From Escherichia phage teqhad, in sequence record NC_054933.1: a DNA stretch of 64,000 nucleotides; one strand, given 5' to 3'. The first letter of the stretch is position 1; each line of letters begins with the position of its first letter. This document shows positions 37,713 through 47,173 of the stretch, piece by piece. The notes below the pieces were generated by a model. That model saw nothing but the letters and a program-made list of their open reading frames with translations. It did not search any database and was not told where the DNA came from. The translations under genes and the position numbers were made by a program.

Positions 37713-39393
37713 TCTTAGCTAAACTAAATCTACCAACTTTTTCCATTTGAATATGCTGACCGTATTCTTGTGGGTCATGGTCTTTATGCGAAATTATGAA
37801 GAAGTTGGTATCCTTCAAACCATCTAAAATTTTAGCTACATTTTTAATACCTTCAGCATCAAATGCACCGTCATACACTTCATCAAGAAATAAACAACTT
37901 ATTTTAACACCTGAAACTTTTTCAGCAATATCACGCCAAGTAAATAAAAGAGCAATATCAATTCGTGCTTTTTCACCTTGACTGAATGAAGCATAACTAA
38001 AATCTTCACGACCACGGGATTTAATTGTCTCATTAAATTCTTCATCTAATGTAAACACATAATCCGCTTCCATTATTTTAAGATAATAATTAATCTGTTT
38101 ATTAAATAATGGAATGTACTTTTTAATAATAGCACCTTTAATACCAGAATCTTTGAGCATATCAGTCAAAATTCCTCGGTGGTATTTTTCCATTACTAAA
38201 TTAGTTTTTGTCTTAACAATTTTATCAAGTTCTTCTTGAAGCAGTGCTATTTCATCAGCATGGTCAATAAACTCAGAAGATGCTTTTTCTATAGCTGCTT
38301 TAACTTTTTTAGCTTTATCTACCGTCGTGATTAAGGATTGCTTTTTATTGCGAATATCATTTGCTAATGACTGTTGGGTTTTAATATTATCTCGGTATTC
38401 ATCAACAAGAACTTTTAAATTATCGCGATGCGTTGAAAGCTGTTCAAACGAATGCGTGCATTCAGAAACTTTATCTTTAATTTTAGAAACAACTTTATCA
38501 CCGGAACTTAATTGTGACAAACAGGTTGGACATAATCCACCTTCATGATACATATTAATGACTTTATTATACGAGTCAATTTTTGATTTAATTAAAACTG
38601 CTTCTTGACCGATTTTATTAAATGCATCAGTCGGGTCTTCGTCTAAAACAATATTAACTAATCTTTCATTAGCTTCTTCTATTTCTGATTTTAGCGTTCT
38701 AGCTTCTTTTGCCAAATCATCATACATATTTTGAAGACGAGTAAGGTTGTCACCAGACAATTTTTTCTGACGTTCAACATTATCATTATATATTTTAATT
38801 TGTTGGATAATACTATCTTTTTTAACATCAAGCACTTGGTTTTGTGAATTTAATTCACGTATTAGTGCTTTATTAAGCTTATCCATTTCAGCTAATGTTC
38901 CTACCTCAAGCAGGTCTTCCACAAGCTTTCTTCGTGCAGGGGTCGACAAACCCATGAAAGGGGTATACCCTGCTGTACCAAGGACAACAATCTGCTTGAA
39001 ACTGGCATATGACATTCCGATAAGCTGTTCAAATTCTGCTTGGAAATCTTTACTGCTGGCAGATTCATTAAGACGTGTACCGTTAACGGTGATTTCGAAA
39101 ACGTTTGGTTTTTGTCCTCTTTTGATATAGTACTTTTTCTCATCATATTCCATCCACAGTTCAACTAAAAGTTCTTTCTTATTTGTGCTGTTTATTAATT
39201 GACCTTTCTTTACATCACGAAATGGCTTGCCAAAAAGCCCAAACGTGATGGCTTCTAACATAGTAGACTTACCACCGCCATTTCGTCCAGTAATAAGAGT
39301 TTTTTGAACCTTATCTAATTGAATGTCAATAGGATTTCCACCTACTGACATTATATTTTGATACCTAACTCGGTTTAGTTTAAAATTCTTCAC
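37705..39393 (-). CDS. 46: recombination nuclease subunit gp46 (Rad50/SbcC-like, 562 aa)
   Basis: Walker A GRNGGGKST; coiled-coil middle; C-terminal signature/Walker B. Confidence 0.9.
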   Translation of the reverse strand: MKNFKLNRVRYQNIMSVGGNPIDIQLDKVQKTLITGRNGGGKSTMLEAITFGLFGKPFRDVKKGQLINSTNKKELLVELWMEYDEKKYYIKRGQKPNVFEITVNGTRLNESASSKDFQAEFEQLIGMSYASFKQIVVLGTAGYTPFMGLSTPARRKLVEDLLEVGTLAEMDKLNKALIRELNSQNQVLDVKKDSIIQQIKIYNDNVERQKKLSGDNLTRLQNMYDDLAKEARTLKSEIEEANERLVNIVLDEDPTDAFNKIGQEAVLIKSKIDSYNKVINMYHEGGLCPTCLSQLSSGDKVVSKIKDKVSECTHSFEQLSTHRDNLKVLVDEYRDNIKTQQSLANDIRNKKQSLITTVDKAKKVKAAIEKASSEFIDHADEIALLQEELDKIVKTKTNLVMEKYHRGILTDMLKDSGIKGAIIKKYIPLFNKQINYYLKIMEADYVFTLDEEFNETIKSRGREDFSYASFSQGEKARIDIALLFTWRDIAEKVSGVKISCLFLDEVYDGAFDAEGIKNVAKILDGLKDTNFFIISHKDHDPQEYGQHIQMEKVGRFSLAKIS

Positions 39394-39653
39394 AAAAGAT
39401 TCCTTTTAATGTATCTTTTAGACCATTCTATCATATCATCATAATCTAAAAAGTATTCATCAAATTCAGCCACGCAAACAACACCTTGTGCTGTTTTTGA
39501 TGTAATATAAATTATTCCAACATATCTAGAATCTTCTTCGGTATAATCAATATTTGCTATGAATTCATCATTAATGTCAAATGTCGAAAACTTCACAGTA
39601 TGCATCCTTAATACAAGATACAGCCATATCTTGTAATGATTTAGGTGTGTCAT
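39390..39653 (-). CDS. hypothetical protein (up to 87 aa)
   Basis: Track ORF; start codon uncertain. Confidence 0.4.
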   Translation of the reverse strand: MTHLNHYKIWLYLVLRMHTVKFSTFDINDEFIANIDYTEEDSRYVGIIYITSKTAQGVVCVAEFDEYFLDYDDMIEWSKRYIKRNLL

Positions 39654-39840
39654 TATCTAAAATGTTGAAGTTAAAAGATACAGCCCAGTCAGTGCAGACT
39701 GTAACCTTTTTAATACAATTATCTTCAACCTCTAGTGGTTCAAACCAATATTCAATAATTTCTTTATGCCCAATATCATCTTTTACTTCGCATTCAAAAT
39801 GCTGACTCATCATAACATTTTTAAATTCATCAAAAGTCAT
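39577..39840 (-). CDS. hypothetical protein (87 aa)
   Basis: Track ORF coupled to gene 47. Confidence 0.45.
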   Translation of the reverse strand: MTFDEFKNVMMSQHFECEVKDDIGHKEIIEYWFEPLEVEDNCIKKVTVCTDWAVSFNFNILDNDTPKSLQDMAVSCIKDAYCEVFDI

Positions 39841-40856
39841 TGTGTTGCCTCTACATATAACTGATTTGCATATTGAATAAGTGCTTCACGGTCAGAATCA
39901 GTGATGTCTGGAATTGCATTAATGTATTCTTCCATCAACGTCTGAAGAGATTGAACTTCAACTTCTTCACTGTCATCTGACTCGACAGAGTTATCAATCT
40001 TTGACACAACTCGTAATGAATGCACAACTTTTTCTAGTTCAGATTCGAACTTCGTCAGATTTTTGTCTACTTCAGTTACTATAACACGTACTGATAGATT
40101 TGTAAAATCTTTATAGTCAATTTTTCCTTTAAACGGATAATGAATTCTACGATGCCAGGTAGTATTGTTTGGAATAAATTCCATTCGTTCTGTTTCTGTA
40201 TCAAACATCCAGAACCCACGAGGGTCATTCTCGTCACCTGCTGTTAGTGTCCATGGTGTCCCAATATATCTGACGTTAGCAGCCTCAGAGATAGTATGGA
40301 AGTGACCAGACCACACCTCTTTATAAGTCTTAAGGAAATCAGGTTCAAGACCGTGAGATTTCATTCCTTTATAAAAATAAAATCCATTCAGTTCCCAGTG
40401 ACCAACACAAAAAGAAGCAGATGAAGTTTTGATGTGTTCAAGAATTTCACCAGTATTTTCTTCGCACATCCAAGGAATCAAATCAATCAAACACCCGTCA
40501 AAATCTACTGTAGTAGGCTTATCATACACTTTAACATTATGATATTTAGCCAAAAGCTCAGTAGAGGCATTTGGATGCATTACATTTTTGTAGTGGAGAT
40601 CGTGATTTCCTACAATAGTATGTAATGTGATTCCAGCGTCATCAAGCATTTGAACTATTTCACGGGCAAACTCCATAGTTTTATGCGTGATTGCTTTTCG
40701 CACATCAAAAATATCACCATATTGAATCCATACAGTAATTCCATTTTTCTTAGAATATTCTATCGCTTGCTTAATTCCATCAATTTGAATACCGCGAATC
40801 CACTCATCATCAGCTTTAACGCCTAAATGCCAATCACCCAAGTTTAGTATTTTCAT
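39837..40856 (-). CDS. 47: recombination nuclease subunit gp47 (Mre11/SbcD-like, 339 aa)
   Basis: Phosphoesterase motifs (GDWHLG, GNHD); 339 aa. Confidence 0.9.
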   Translation of the reverse strand: MKILNLGDWHLGVKADDEWIRGIQIDGIKQAIEYSKKNGITVWIQYGDIFDVRKAITHKTMEFAREIVQMLDDAGITLHTIVGNHDLHYKNVMHPNASTELLAKYHNVKVYDKPTTVDFDGCLIDLIPWMCEENTGEILEHIKTSSASFCVGHWELNGFYFYKGMKSHGLEPDFLKTYKEVWSGHFHTISEAANVRYIGTPWTLTAGDENDPRGFWMFDTETERMEFIPNNTTWHRRIHYPFKGKIDYKDFTNLSVRVIVTEVDKNLTKFESELEKVVHSLRVVSKIDNSVESDDSEEVEVQSLQTLMEEYINAIPDITDSDREALIQYANQLYVEATQ

Positions 40857-41457
40857 GGTGTCTTTTCCATCCTAATTTAGCTGCTTTTGAAACCAGTTCT
40901 TTAATTTTTCCTTTTGTCCATTCAGGACCAGGAGGTTCATGACATAACATTTGCTTAACTCCGTTATTATACCATTTTTTACCTTTATTATGTGATGAAG
41001 CTTTAAATTTATTTGACCTTCCTTTTACATAACCTTCTGGAATATAAGGCAAAAAGGCAGATTTTCCTGTTAATGGATCATGTGAATGTATATTTCCTTT
41101 ACAATTATGAGAACCATATAATGGATGATTTTGTCCTTTATTATCTCTTCCAAATGAACCTTTTGGAGCAGCATATGACATATTAAAGAATAATGGATTT
41201 TTAACTGCATCATGCAATCGTTGATAATATAACTCGCATTTAATAGCTTCTTCACGCGTATCAAATTCAGCTAAAATGCATGAATCAAATAAGTGAGGAT
41301 TATCTGAAAGCTCTTTATTATAAATTTTCTTATACTTTTTAGATAAAACTGAACCATGATATCCAGCTAAATGCCTATCTAAAGACGTAGATCCAATATA
41401 AAAAGGAGGAAGTTTATCTCCACTATATATTGTTAAATAAGTTATATATTTTTTCAT
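40834..41457 (-). mobile_element. free-standing GIY-YIG (Seg-like) homing endonuclease gene (207 aa)
   Basis: YLTIYSGDKLPPFYIGST (GIY...YIG spacing), conserved R and E, and ...FDSCILAEF... which parallels I-TevI ...FECSILEE...; basic C-terminal DNA-binding region. Confidence 0.7.
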
Positions 41458-41594
41458 ATATCAAGAACCGTCATTGAAATGCAAAATAAAATTATTGAAA
41501 TAAACCCATCTGGTGTGCTAAAGAACCCAATCCAACATGCTTTAGTGAATAGATAAAATGCAAGAAAAAGTATCACATATCCAAGAAATATCAT
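41454..41594 (-). CDS. small hydrophobic protein (46 aa)
   Basis: Hand-translated MIFLGYVILFLAFYLFTKACWIGFFSTPDGFISIILFCISMTVLDI; ATGA overlap with the endonuclease start. Confidence 0.3.
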   Translation of the reverse strand: MIFLGYVILFLAFYLFTKACWIGFFSTPDGFISIILFCISMTVLDI

Positions 41595-41618
41595 TATATC
41601 AAACTCCGTATAAAGCTA
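41593..41618 (-). promoter_or_regulatory. middle-promoter-like element (AGCTTTA, 12 bp, TATAAT)
   Basis: Minus strand AGCTTTATACGGAGTTTGATATAAT upstream of the GIY-YIG gene. Confidence 0.4.
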
Positions 41619-41635
41619 AAGGGCCGAAGCCCTTT
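41618..41635 (-). terminator. hairpin GGGC-UUCG-GCCC immediately 3' of alpha-gt
   Basis: AAAGGGCCGAAGCCCTTT. Confidence 0.45.
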
Positions 41636-42836
41636 ATTTTGTAATAATGTCAAACTGTTCTTTAAAGCAGAAGCTTGAATCTTGATGCTGATACAAAAAT
41701 TCATATGCTTTTTCTCGCTCACGGTCATAAAGAGCTCGGTCAGATGACAGTTCTTTAATACGCTCAAATGTTGATTCCATATCATTTTCATCAAACCAAA
41801 TGATACCGCTATCATGCGAGGTCAAAGGAGTATTATCAACACGGAATTTTAAATTTTCGCCAGTAGATTTCCAAAATACCGGAATTGTTCCACATGCACC
41901 AAGCTCGAGATGAGTATATTCTAAAGAACGTTGTAGATATTTTTTATCCAACTTACTCAACTGATAACCAAAACCGGATTTACTCATGCGTTCAAGCATT
42001 TCGCTATTTACATAACGATCAAGAATTTGCGTTGGCAAATTAGGAGCAATTTTAATTTGGTCTACTTGATGAAGACGATAATACTCGTATGGAATTCCTT
42101 TTTCTTTAATAGGAATGAACGCTGGAGAACGTTCCAGACCTTCCATAATAGTACTTAGTCCTGCAGGTTTAAGATGTTTTTCATGAAAATCAAACATCTG
42201 ATAAAAACCTTTCCATGTAGTCGTACGACCAATCCATCGGTTGACATTCATGTTAATTTCAGAAACATCTTTCCAGTAGGTTGACCGAACCTTCGCAATA
42301 TCCATAGGAGGCTGAAAGTTATATACGGTCGGCGCTTCTTCAATATCATCAAACAAAGAAACTGTTTCAGGATACCATTCTTTCATCAGAACTTTATTAA
42401 AATCGCCATTATCAGAATGACTAAAAATAACATCAGCTCGACGAACAGTTTCTTCTAATCCCAAATTTCGGCGCAAAGAAAGAGAAGAATGGTCATGTTG
42501 ATAAACTACAACACGAACCGAAGGTTTAATGTTATCAATAATTTTTTTATAGTTATTAATAGTGTCTTCTTCAACTGAAGTAGCAGGAACTGAATTGATA
42601 ATTAGAATATCACAATCATTTACCAGCTTAAGTGTTTTATCGTATTCTTTTGCCAATAAAACCGGAATTGAAAATGATTTATAATCATGTGCGCAATTAC
42701 GAGTAAATGATTTATCTTTAGCATAAACCAAAGTTACTTCATGACCATTTTTAATAAACCAATCACGTTGCTCAAGAGAAAATTTAGTTACACCACAACC
42801 TTCAAGACCTCGAGCCATAAAAATACATACTTTCAT
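41634..42836 (-). CDS. a-gt: DNA alpha-glucosyltransferase (400 aa)
   Basis: 400 aa, MKVCIFMARGLEGCGVTKFSLEQRDWFIKNGHEVTLVYAKDKSF... matches the remembered T4 alpha-gt. Confidence 0.85.
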   Translation of the reverse strand: MKVCIFMARGLEGCGVTKFSLEQRDWFIKNGHEVTLVYAKDKSFTRNCAHDYKSFSIPVLLAKEYDKTLKLVNDCDILIINSVPATSVEEDTINNYKKIIDNIKPSVRVVVYQHDHSSLSLRRNLGLEETVRRADVIFSHSDNGDFNKVLMKEWYPETVSLFDDIEEAPTVYNFQPPMDIAKVRSTYWKDVSEINMNVNRWIGRTTTWKGFYQMFDFHEKHLKPAGLSTIMEGLERSPAFIPIKEKGIPYEYYRLHQVDQIKIAPNLPTQILDRYVNSEMLERMSKSGFGYQLSKLDKKYLQRSLEYTHLELGACGTIPVFWKSTGENLKFRVDNTPLTSHDSGIIWFDENDMESTFERIKELSSDRALYDREREKAYEFLYQHQDSSFCFKEQFDIITK

Positions 42837-42887
42837 TTAATATCCTCATTGTTTTTGGTTTATTTTACCAAAAATTTATAAAGCAAT

Positions 42888-42907
42888 ATAGGAGCCGAAG
42901 CTCCTAT
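42888..42907 (-). other. hairpin GGAGC-UUCG-GCUCC
   Basis: ATAGGAGCCGAAGCTCCTAT upstream of alpha-gt. Confidence 0.4.
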
Positions 42908-43080
42908 CCGCATAATACGCCATACAAAGGCTCATTAGAGCTTCTAAATTTTATGCGCTTATATGTTATAGTTCCTTCTGCTTTAGCTTTATCGTAAGAC
43001 TCTTTAAAGCGTCTCATCATTTCTACTTTAGAGGAACGAATTTTATTATAATCTATTTCAGAAGTCTGGATGTTCATCTT

Positions 43081-43287
43081 TCATAACTGCCACCATTTTT
43101 TGACTTGATAAGAATCAACCCACACTTTCATATTAGGGTCTGCTCTTACAATAGGAGGATTAACTTCTTTAATTGAACTATCATGGTATTCTTTTTCAGA
43201 AATTTTCACACAAAGATGACCATTCAAAGATTCAGTAAATCCTGCATTAATTTTAAGACGCTTGAATTTTACGTGTGTAAGCATCAA
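43081..43287 (-). CDS. hypothetical protein (68 aa)
   Basis: Track ORF. Confidence 0.45.
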   Translation of the reverse strand: MMLTHVKFKRLKINAGFTESLNGHLCVKISEKEYHDSSIKEVNPPIVRADPNMKVWVDSYQVKKWWQL

Positions 43288-43570
43288 TCATATCCTCAAT
43301 TTGCGATCTAGTAGTCTTCCAAAGAATACTGATGAGTTCATCGTTATATGGCTGTTTTAGAATATCCCGACTTTTCTTGATAGCATATTCGTATTGAGCA
43401 AAATTATTGTTTTCAGCTGCGATCTGAGCGTGCTTATAAAGACGATTCAGTTCGCGTTTGTTTTTAGACAATAACTTATTTGCTTTTCTTTCTGCTTCAA
43501 GACGGTTCTTTTCTTCAATAGAAGAAATAAGCTTTTCCACTTCATCATTAATTTCGGGTTTATCAGTCAT
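43253..43570 (-). CDS. hypothetical protein (105 aa)
   Basis: Track ORF. Confidence 0.5.
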   Translation of the reverse strand: MTDKPEINDEVEKLISSIEEKNRLEAERKANKLLSKNKRELNRLYKHAQIAAENNNFAQYEYAIKKSRDILKQPYNDELISILWKTTRSQIEDMIDAYTRKIQAS

Positions 43571-43571
43571 A

Positions 43572-43790
43572 TTATTTCTCTAATATAAAATAAAAATCAT
43601 CATCTGTTAAATGATACCTGTAATTTAATTCTACACCATTAGATTTAAAAGCGGTATCATACGGATTTTCTGGATCAATATCAATGTCAAGAGCTAAAAC
43701 TTCCCTGAGATACATTTTAAGTAAATAGGGAATAGCTTCAACTTCAGGTATTTCTTCCAAGAATCCGGAGAGGTTAATCGTTAGCCTCAT
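43572..43790 (-). CDS. hypothetical protein (72 aa)
   Basis: Track ORF. Confidence 0.45.
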
Positions 43791-44331
43791 ATAAAAAATC
43801 CAAACTAGGAGAATCGTCTACAACACTTTTCTTTTCAGCCCCCGGTGTTCTATAGGTTGATTCTTCGTAATGCGTCATTTTATCGTAGATGTCTTGAATA
43901 AAAGTTTCATCTACTAACGCAACCATATCGTCGTCACGACTGTCATAGACATTGTGAACGAAGTAACTATATTTCTTTGCAACTTCCTTACGTTCTTTTT
44001 TAATACGCTGGACGAATGCATTAAAACAAGCTTGAGTTATATATGCATGTGGGTTTTTATATTTCGTTTCATCAAAATTATGAAGCCCCTTAATAGAAGC
44101 TTCTATACCATCTGCAATCATTTCTTGTTTCCAAGACTGGGTGTATCCTGAAAAGTTGAAACGTTTAGATAAGCCTTCTGCAATAAGCATAATGGCTAAT
44201 CCGATAGTATCATTCTGACGAACTACTTTATTTGGGTCTTTATTATTTGCTAATTCTGTTTTCCAATCAATAATAGCTTGTAAAAGCTCTTTATTGTTTA
44301 CGTAATTATATTTAGGCTTAGTTTCTGACAT
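43774..44331 (-). CDS. 55: late sigma factor gp55 (185 aa)
   Basis: [30 protein letters not shown]...; the third ATG follows GAGGTGA. Confidence 0.85.
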
Positions 44332-44409
44332 TTTCACCTCTTAGCTCAATTCATAGATCTATTATATCATAATATTTGAAGATCTATCTTAAAGCATAGA
44401 GAATATCAG

Positions 44410-44679
44410 TTATCTAAGTAAACAGTATGCTTGGAATACTTTCTCCATCATCTTTTTAAATTCATGAATATCTATATAATGACTAGTTAAATCAGCATGA
44501 TATAAAAAGTCTAAAAACTTTTCATGTGTGCTAACATATTCACTTTCATTTAATTCAGAAACATGACTTTCCCAATATCCAACACCAGTCTTATTTGGGA
44601 AAAATGAAATTTTCATATATTGGTCAACATAGAAAATGCCATAATTTTCAATAGTAATAGAAATATTAATAAATTTCAT
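44410..44679 (-). CDS. hypothetical protein (89 aa)
   Basis: Track ORF. Confidence 0.45.
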   Translation of the reverse strand: MKFINISITIENYGIFYVDQYMKISFFPNKTGVGYWESHVSELNESEYVSTHEKFLDFLYHADLTSHYIDIHEFKKMMEKVFQAYCLLR

Positions 44680-44891
44680 ACATTCATCAACTTAGCCGCT
44701 TCAAGAGCTGCATCTAGTGAATCAAATTGGTCAACATATTCAATCAATTCGCCATAATTGGCATATAACCACCATTGGCTAAATTCATACTCAAGGATGA
44801 ATCCGTTTCCTTCAATTTGAGTTAAACCAATGCCATTTGTATTTACTTCATATCCAGCAAGACGCAAATCGTTAATAAGAGCTTCGTTCAT
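44676..44891 (-). CDS. hypothetical protein (71 aa)
   Basis: Track ORF. Confidence 0.45.
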   Translation of the reverse strand: MNEALINDLRLAGYEVNTNGIGLTQIEGNGFILEYEFSQWWLYANYGELIEYVDQFDSLDAALEAAKLMNV

Positions 44892-44893
44892 AA

Positions 44894-45220
44894 TTATACC
44901 TTAGTAATTTTCAGGTCTGCAAATTTTTTCTTGCGTTGATTTTTCATGCGACGAATAGTTTTATCGGAAATTTCATGCTTTTGATAAGCTTTAGATTCTA
45001 CACCAAAAGCTTTAACATCAAATTCTGACAAGATATATTGAACCAACAATTCACGGACAGTATTGCGTCCAATCTTCTGATCATTCTGTTTCATCGTTTG
45101 ATGAAGCTCTTTTTCCCATTTATCCAAACTTTGAGGAGTTACAATATCGCCTTTTTCTAGCAAAGAAACTACTTTATCATATGCGTAAGAATTAATGACG
45201 TTTTTAATTTGAATAGTCAT
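44894..45220 (-). CDS. hypothetical protein (108 aa)
   Basis: Track ORF. Confidence 0.5.
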   Translation of the reverse strand: MTIQIKNVINSYAYDKVVSLLEKGDIVTPQSLDKWEKELHQTMKQNDQKIGRNTVRELLVQYILSEFDVKAFGVESKAYQKHEISDKTIRRMKNQRKKKFADLKITKV

Positions 45221-45249
45221 ACATTATCCTCAATTACGTTAAAATTTTA

Positions 45250-45275
45250 TTATCCAAAAAGGGCCGAAGCCCTTA
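45250..45275 (-). terminator. intrinsic terminator (GGGC-UUCG-GCCC plus U-tract)
   Basis: Minus-strand RNA AAGGGCUUCGGCCCUUUUUGGAUAAUAAAAUUUU. Confidence 0.55.
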
Positions 45276-45473
45276 GCTAAACTTTTTGGCACCCTTCCAG
45301 CCTTCATACATCATTGCGGCTGATATTAATATTGCTCCTGAGCAACTTGAATATTTGTGATTCCAAAACCAGTTCAGAAAAACTTCGTCATCAATACCTT
45401 GGGCTATCATATTTTCAAAGAACTGACGACGAGCTTCGGCAATTCGCTGCGATAATTTAGATTCAGGATTCAT
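45273..45473 (-). CDS. hypothetical protein (66 aa)
   Basis: Track ORF. Confidence 0.45.
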   Translation of the reverse strand: MNPESKLSQRIAEARRQFFENMIAQGIDDEVFLNWFWNHKYSSCSGAILISAAMMYEGWKGAKKFS

Positions 45474-45605
45474 TTAAATTTTCCAATTACCATTTTCATC
45501 AATAAATTTAATCCAGTCATTTACTGACCACTTAGTTGTATCACCTTTTGGAGTAACATTTAAAGTGTATAACCCCTGCTTAAAAAGCATTCGTTTGATA
45601 TTCAT
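45474..45605 (-). CDS. small protein (43 aa)
   Basis: Track ORF 45474..45689, trimmed to the ATG at 45605 after GAGGAAAAT. Confidence 0.35.
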   Translation of the reverse strand: MNIKRMLFKQGLYTLNVTPKGDTTKWSVNDWIKFIDENGNWKI

Positions 45606-45612
45606 ATTTTCC

Positions 45613-45906
45613 TCAGCTGTAACGATAACACTCGTTTGATTTACGTTTAGCAACTCGTTGAGAAGTATTATAATCAAAATCATCGTCAATGTAAACTGAT
45701 TTTTTCAACTTTCTTACTTCACCGCGTAATTGACGATTTAGCTCATCTTTAACTTCTGAATCAATACCTTTCATTCTACGCCATTTATCTGAGCGAAAAA
45801 TGTTTTCAACCATATCTTTATGACTTACACCATCAGGAGCTTTACGCTTTCCGAAATAGTCATAATCACGTACTTTTAAATCTTTACGACGATACGTTTT
45901 ACCCAT
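45613..45906 (-). CDS. hypothetical basic protein (97 aa)
   Basis: Track ORF trimmed to MGKTYRRKDLK...; ATGGGTAA coupling with the upstream small ORF. Confidence 0.45.
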   Translation of the reverse strand: MGKTYRRKDLKVRDYDYFGKRKAPDGVSHKDMVENIFRSDKWRRMKGIDSEVKDELNRQLRGEVRKLKKSVYIDDDFDYNTSQRVAKRKSNECYRYS

Positions 45907-46075
45907 GGAGTTTAATTTCCTTAGCAACTGAACTAAATACAGCACGATCACAAACCATGCGTTTGTTCCATTTAATCACAGTATAATGAACATCTAGATC
46001 ATCGACTGCTGTAACAATAACGATATGTCCGTTAACACGATAGTACTGGTCAATTTTAATCTCTTTATCAACCAT
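45899..46075 (-). CDS. small protein (58 aa)
   Basis: Hand-translated MVDKEIKIDQYYRVNGHIVIVTAVDD...; downstream of the early promoter at 46104..46134. Confidence 0.35.
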   Translation of the reverse strand: MVDKEIKIDQYYRVNGHIVIVTAVDDLDVHYTVIKWNKRMVCDRAVFSSVAKEIKLHG

Positions 46076-46103
46076 ATCAATTCCTCAAAGGTAATTCATA
46101 TGT

Positions 46104-46134
46104 TAATAATACCACGGTTTGAACCTGTTGTAAA
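46104..46134 (-). promoter_or_regulatory. T4-type early promoter
   Basis: Minus strand GTTTACAACAGGTTCAAACCGTGGTATTAT. Confidence 0.45.
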
Positions 46135-46204
46135 CAACTTTGTGAAAAATATTTTAGGGAATGATAAGAAAGGAACGATAGCTTAGAATGGTAATATACA
46201 GAAT

Positions 46205-46233
46205 GTGAGAAAGAAAGGCCCAGAGGGCCCGTC
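46205..46233 (-). terminator. terminator-like hairpin (GGCCC-UCU-GGGCC plus U-tract)
   Basis: Plus strand AAAGGCCCAGAGGGCCCGTC, directly 3' of the glutaredoxin-like ORF. Confidence 0.45.
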
Positions 46234-46557
46234 TTAATCTTCTATGATATCTCTATCATATCCAAGTGAAATGAGAGTTTCTTTGAAGTGTTTAATGTTC
46301 TTTTGTCTAGAATCATTAATGAAAATGACTGGATAACGAATGTTAAGAGATGTGAATCCAGCGCGTTTAGCAAGAGATACAATCAGAGGACGATCATACT
46401 CAATCTTACCGTTATTTGTAAGAACTTTATAGAAAGTAAAAGGAGCATTGAGCTCCTTTAGAAGTTTTGTAACTGATTGACATCCAGGACAACGACCTAC
46501 TTCATCTGGAATTCCATAGACTTCAATCTTATTCTTTAAGTTCGAGTTTTGTTCCAC
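46234..46557 (-). CDS. glutaredoxin-like protein (CPGC motif); start codon uncertain, possibly GTG
   Basis: ...KIEVYGIPDEVGRCPGCQSVTKLLKELNAPFTFYKV...; no in-frame ATG before the redox motif. Confidence 0.45.
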   Translation of the reverse strand: MEQNSNLKNKIEVYGIPDEVGRCPGCQSVTKLLKELNAPFTFYKVLTNNGKIEYDRPLIVSLAKRAGFTSLNIRYPVIFINDSRQKNIKHFKETLISLGYDRDIIED

Positions 46558-46840
46558 GAGAAATAATTCCTTGGTAAGCCCAATAAGGAGGATTAACAGA
46601 ATCCTCACCAGAGTTTTCTTCAGGAAAATAAACCTGGATAACAAATCCAGACGCATCAAAGGTAAAATAAACCGTAGGCAATTCACCTAACAATTCGGCA
46701 CGAGCATTAATTTCTTCTAGATCTCGTTCACGTCCAGCCCAAAAACTAGGATTTAGATTACATTCGTAAAAATAATAGTCATTACCGAACATATCAAAAC
46801 CCTTCCAACTCTCTACCACGTACCGCTCAAAACTAATCAT
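46529..46840 (-). CDS. hypothetical acidic protein (103 aa)
   Basis: Track ORF. Confidence 0.45.
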   Translation of the reverse strand: MISFERYVVESWKGFDMFGNDYYFYECNLNPSFWAGRERDLEEINARAELLGELPTVYFTFDASGFVIQVYFPEENSGEDSVNPPYWAYQGIISRGTKLELKE

Positions 46841-46842
46841 AA

Positions 46843-47058
46843 TTAAGCCTTTTTATCAAGAACAGAATTCAGTTTGTTAGTAATTTTATCCAGACGCTCA
46901 TTAAACTCACTAGAAGATAAGCCCTTTTCTGGAGAAATTAAACTAATAACGAAAAATATAGCAATAAAAGGAATAAGGAAAATAGCTCCAACTGCCATAA
47001 ACAGAAAGAATGTTACAGTTGTAAGAAAATCAGCTAAACCTTTACGAAATTTATACAT
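46843..47058 (-). CDS. small membrane protein (71 aa)
   Basis: Hydrophobic N-terminal half. Confidence 0.5.
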   Translation of the reverse strand: MYKFRKGLADFLTTVTFFLFMAVGAIFLIPFIAIFFVISLISPEKGLSSSEFNERLDKITNKLNSVLDKKA

Positions 47059-47173
47059 ATTTTACCCTTAATTAATTAACAAAGCATTGATAAGTACTAA
47101 ACTATATTGGGAATAAAATTCTGGACCAAAATGAAAAATCATATCATTTATAGTATCCATAATGCAATTCAAT

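Noticed and set aside
41070-41815. Track ORFs 41070..41264 and 41594..41815
   Set aside because: The first is an alternative frame inside the GIY-YIG gene; the second spans the alpha-gt 3' end and terminator hairpin in another frame.
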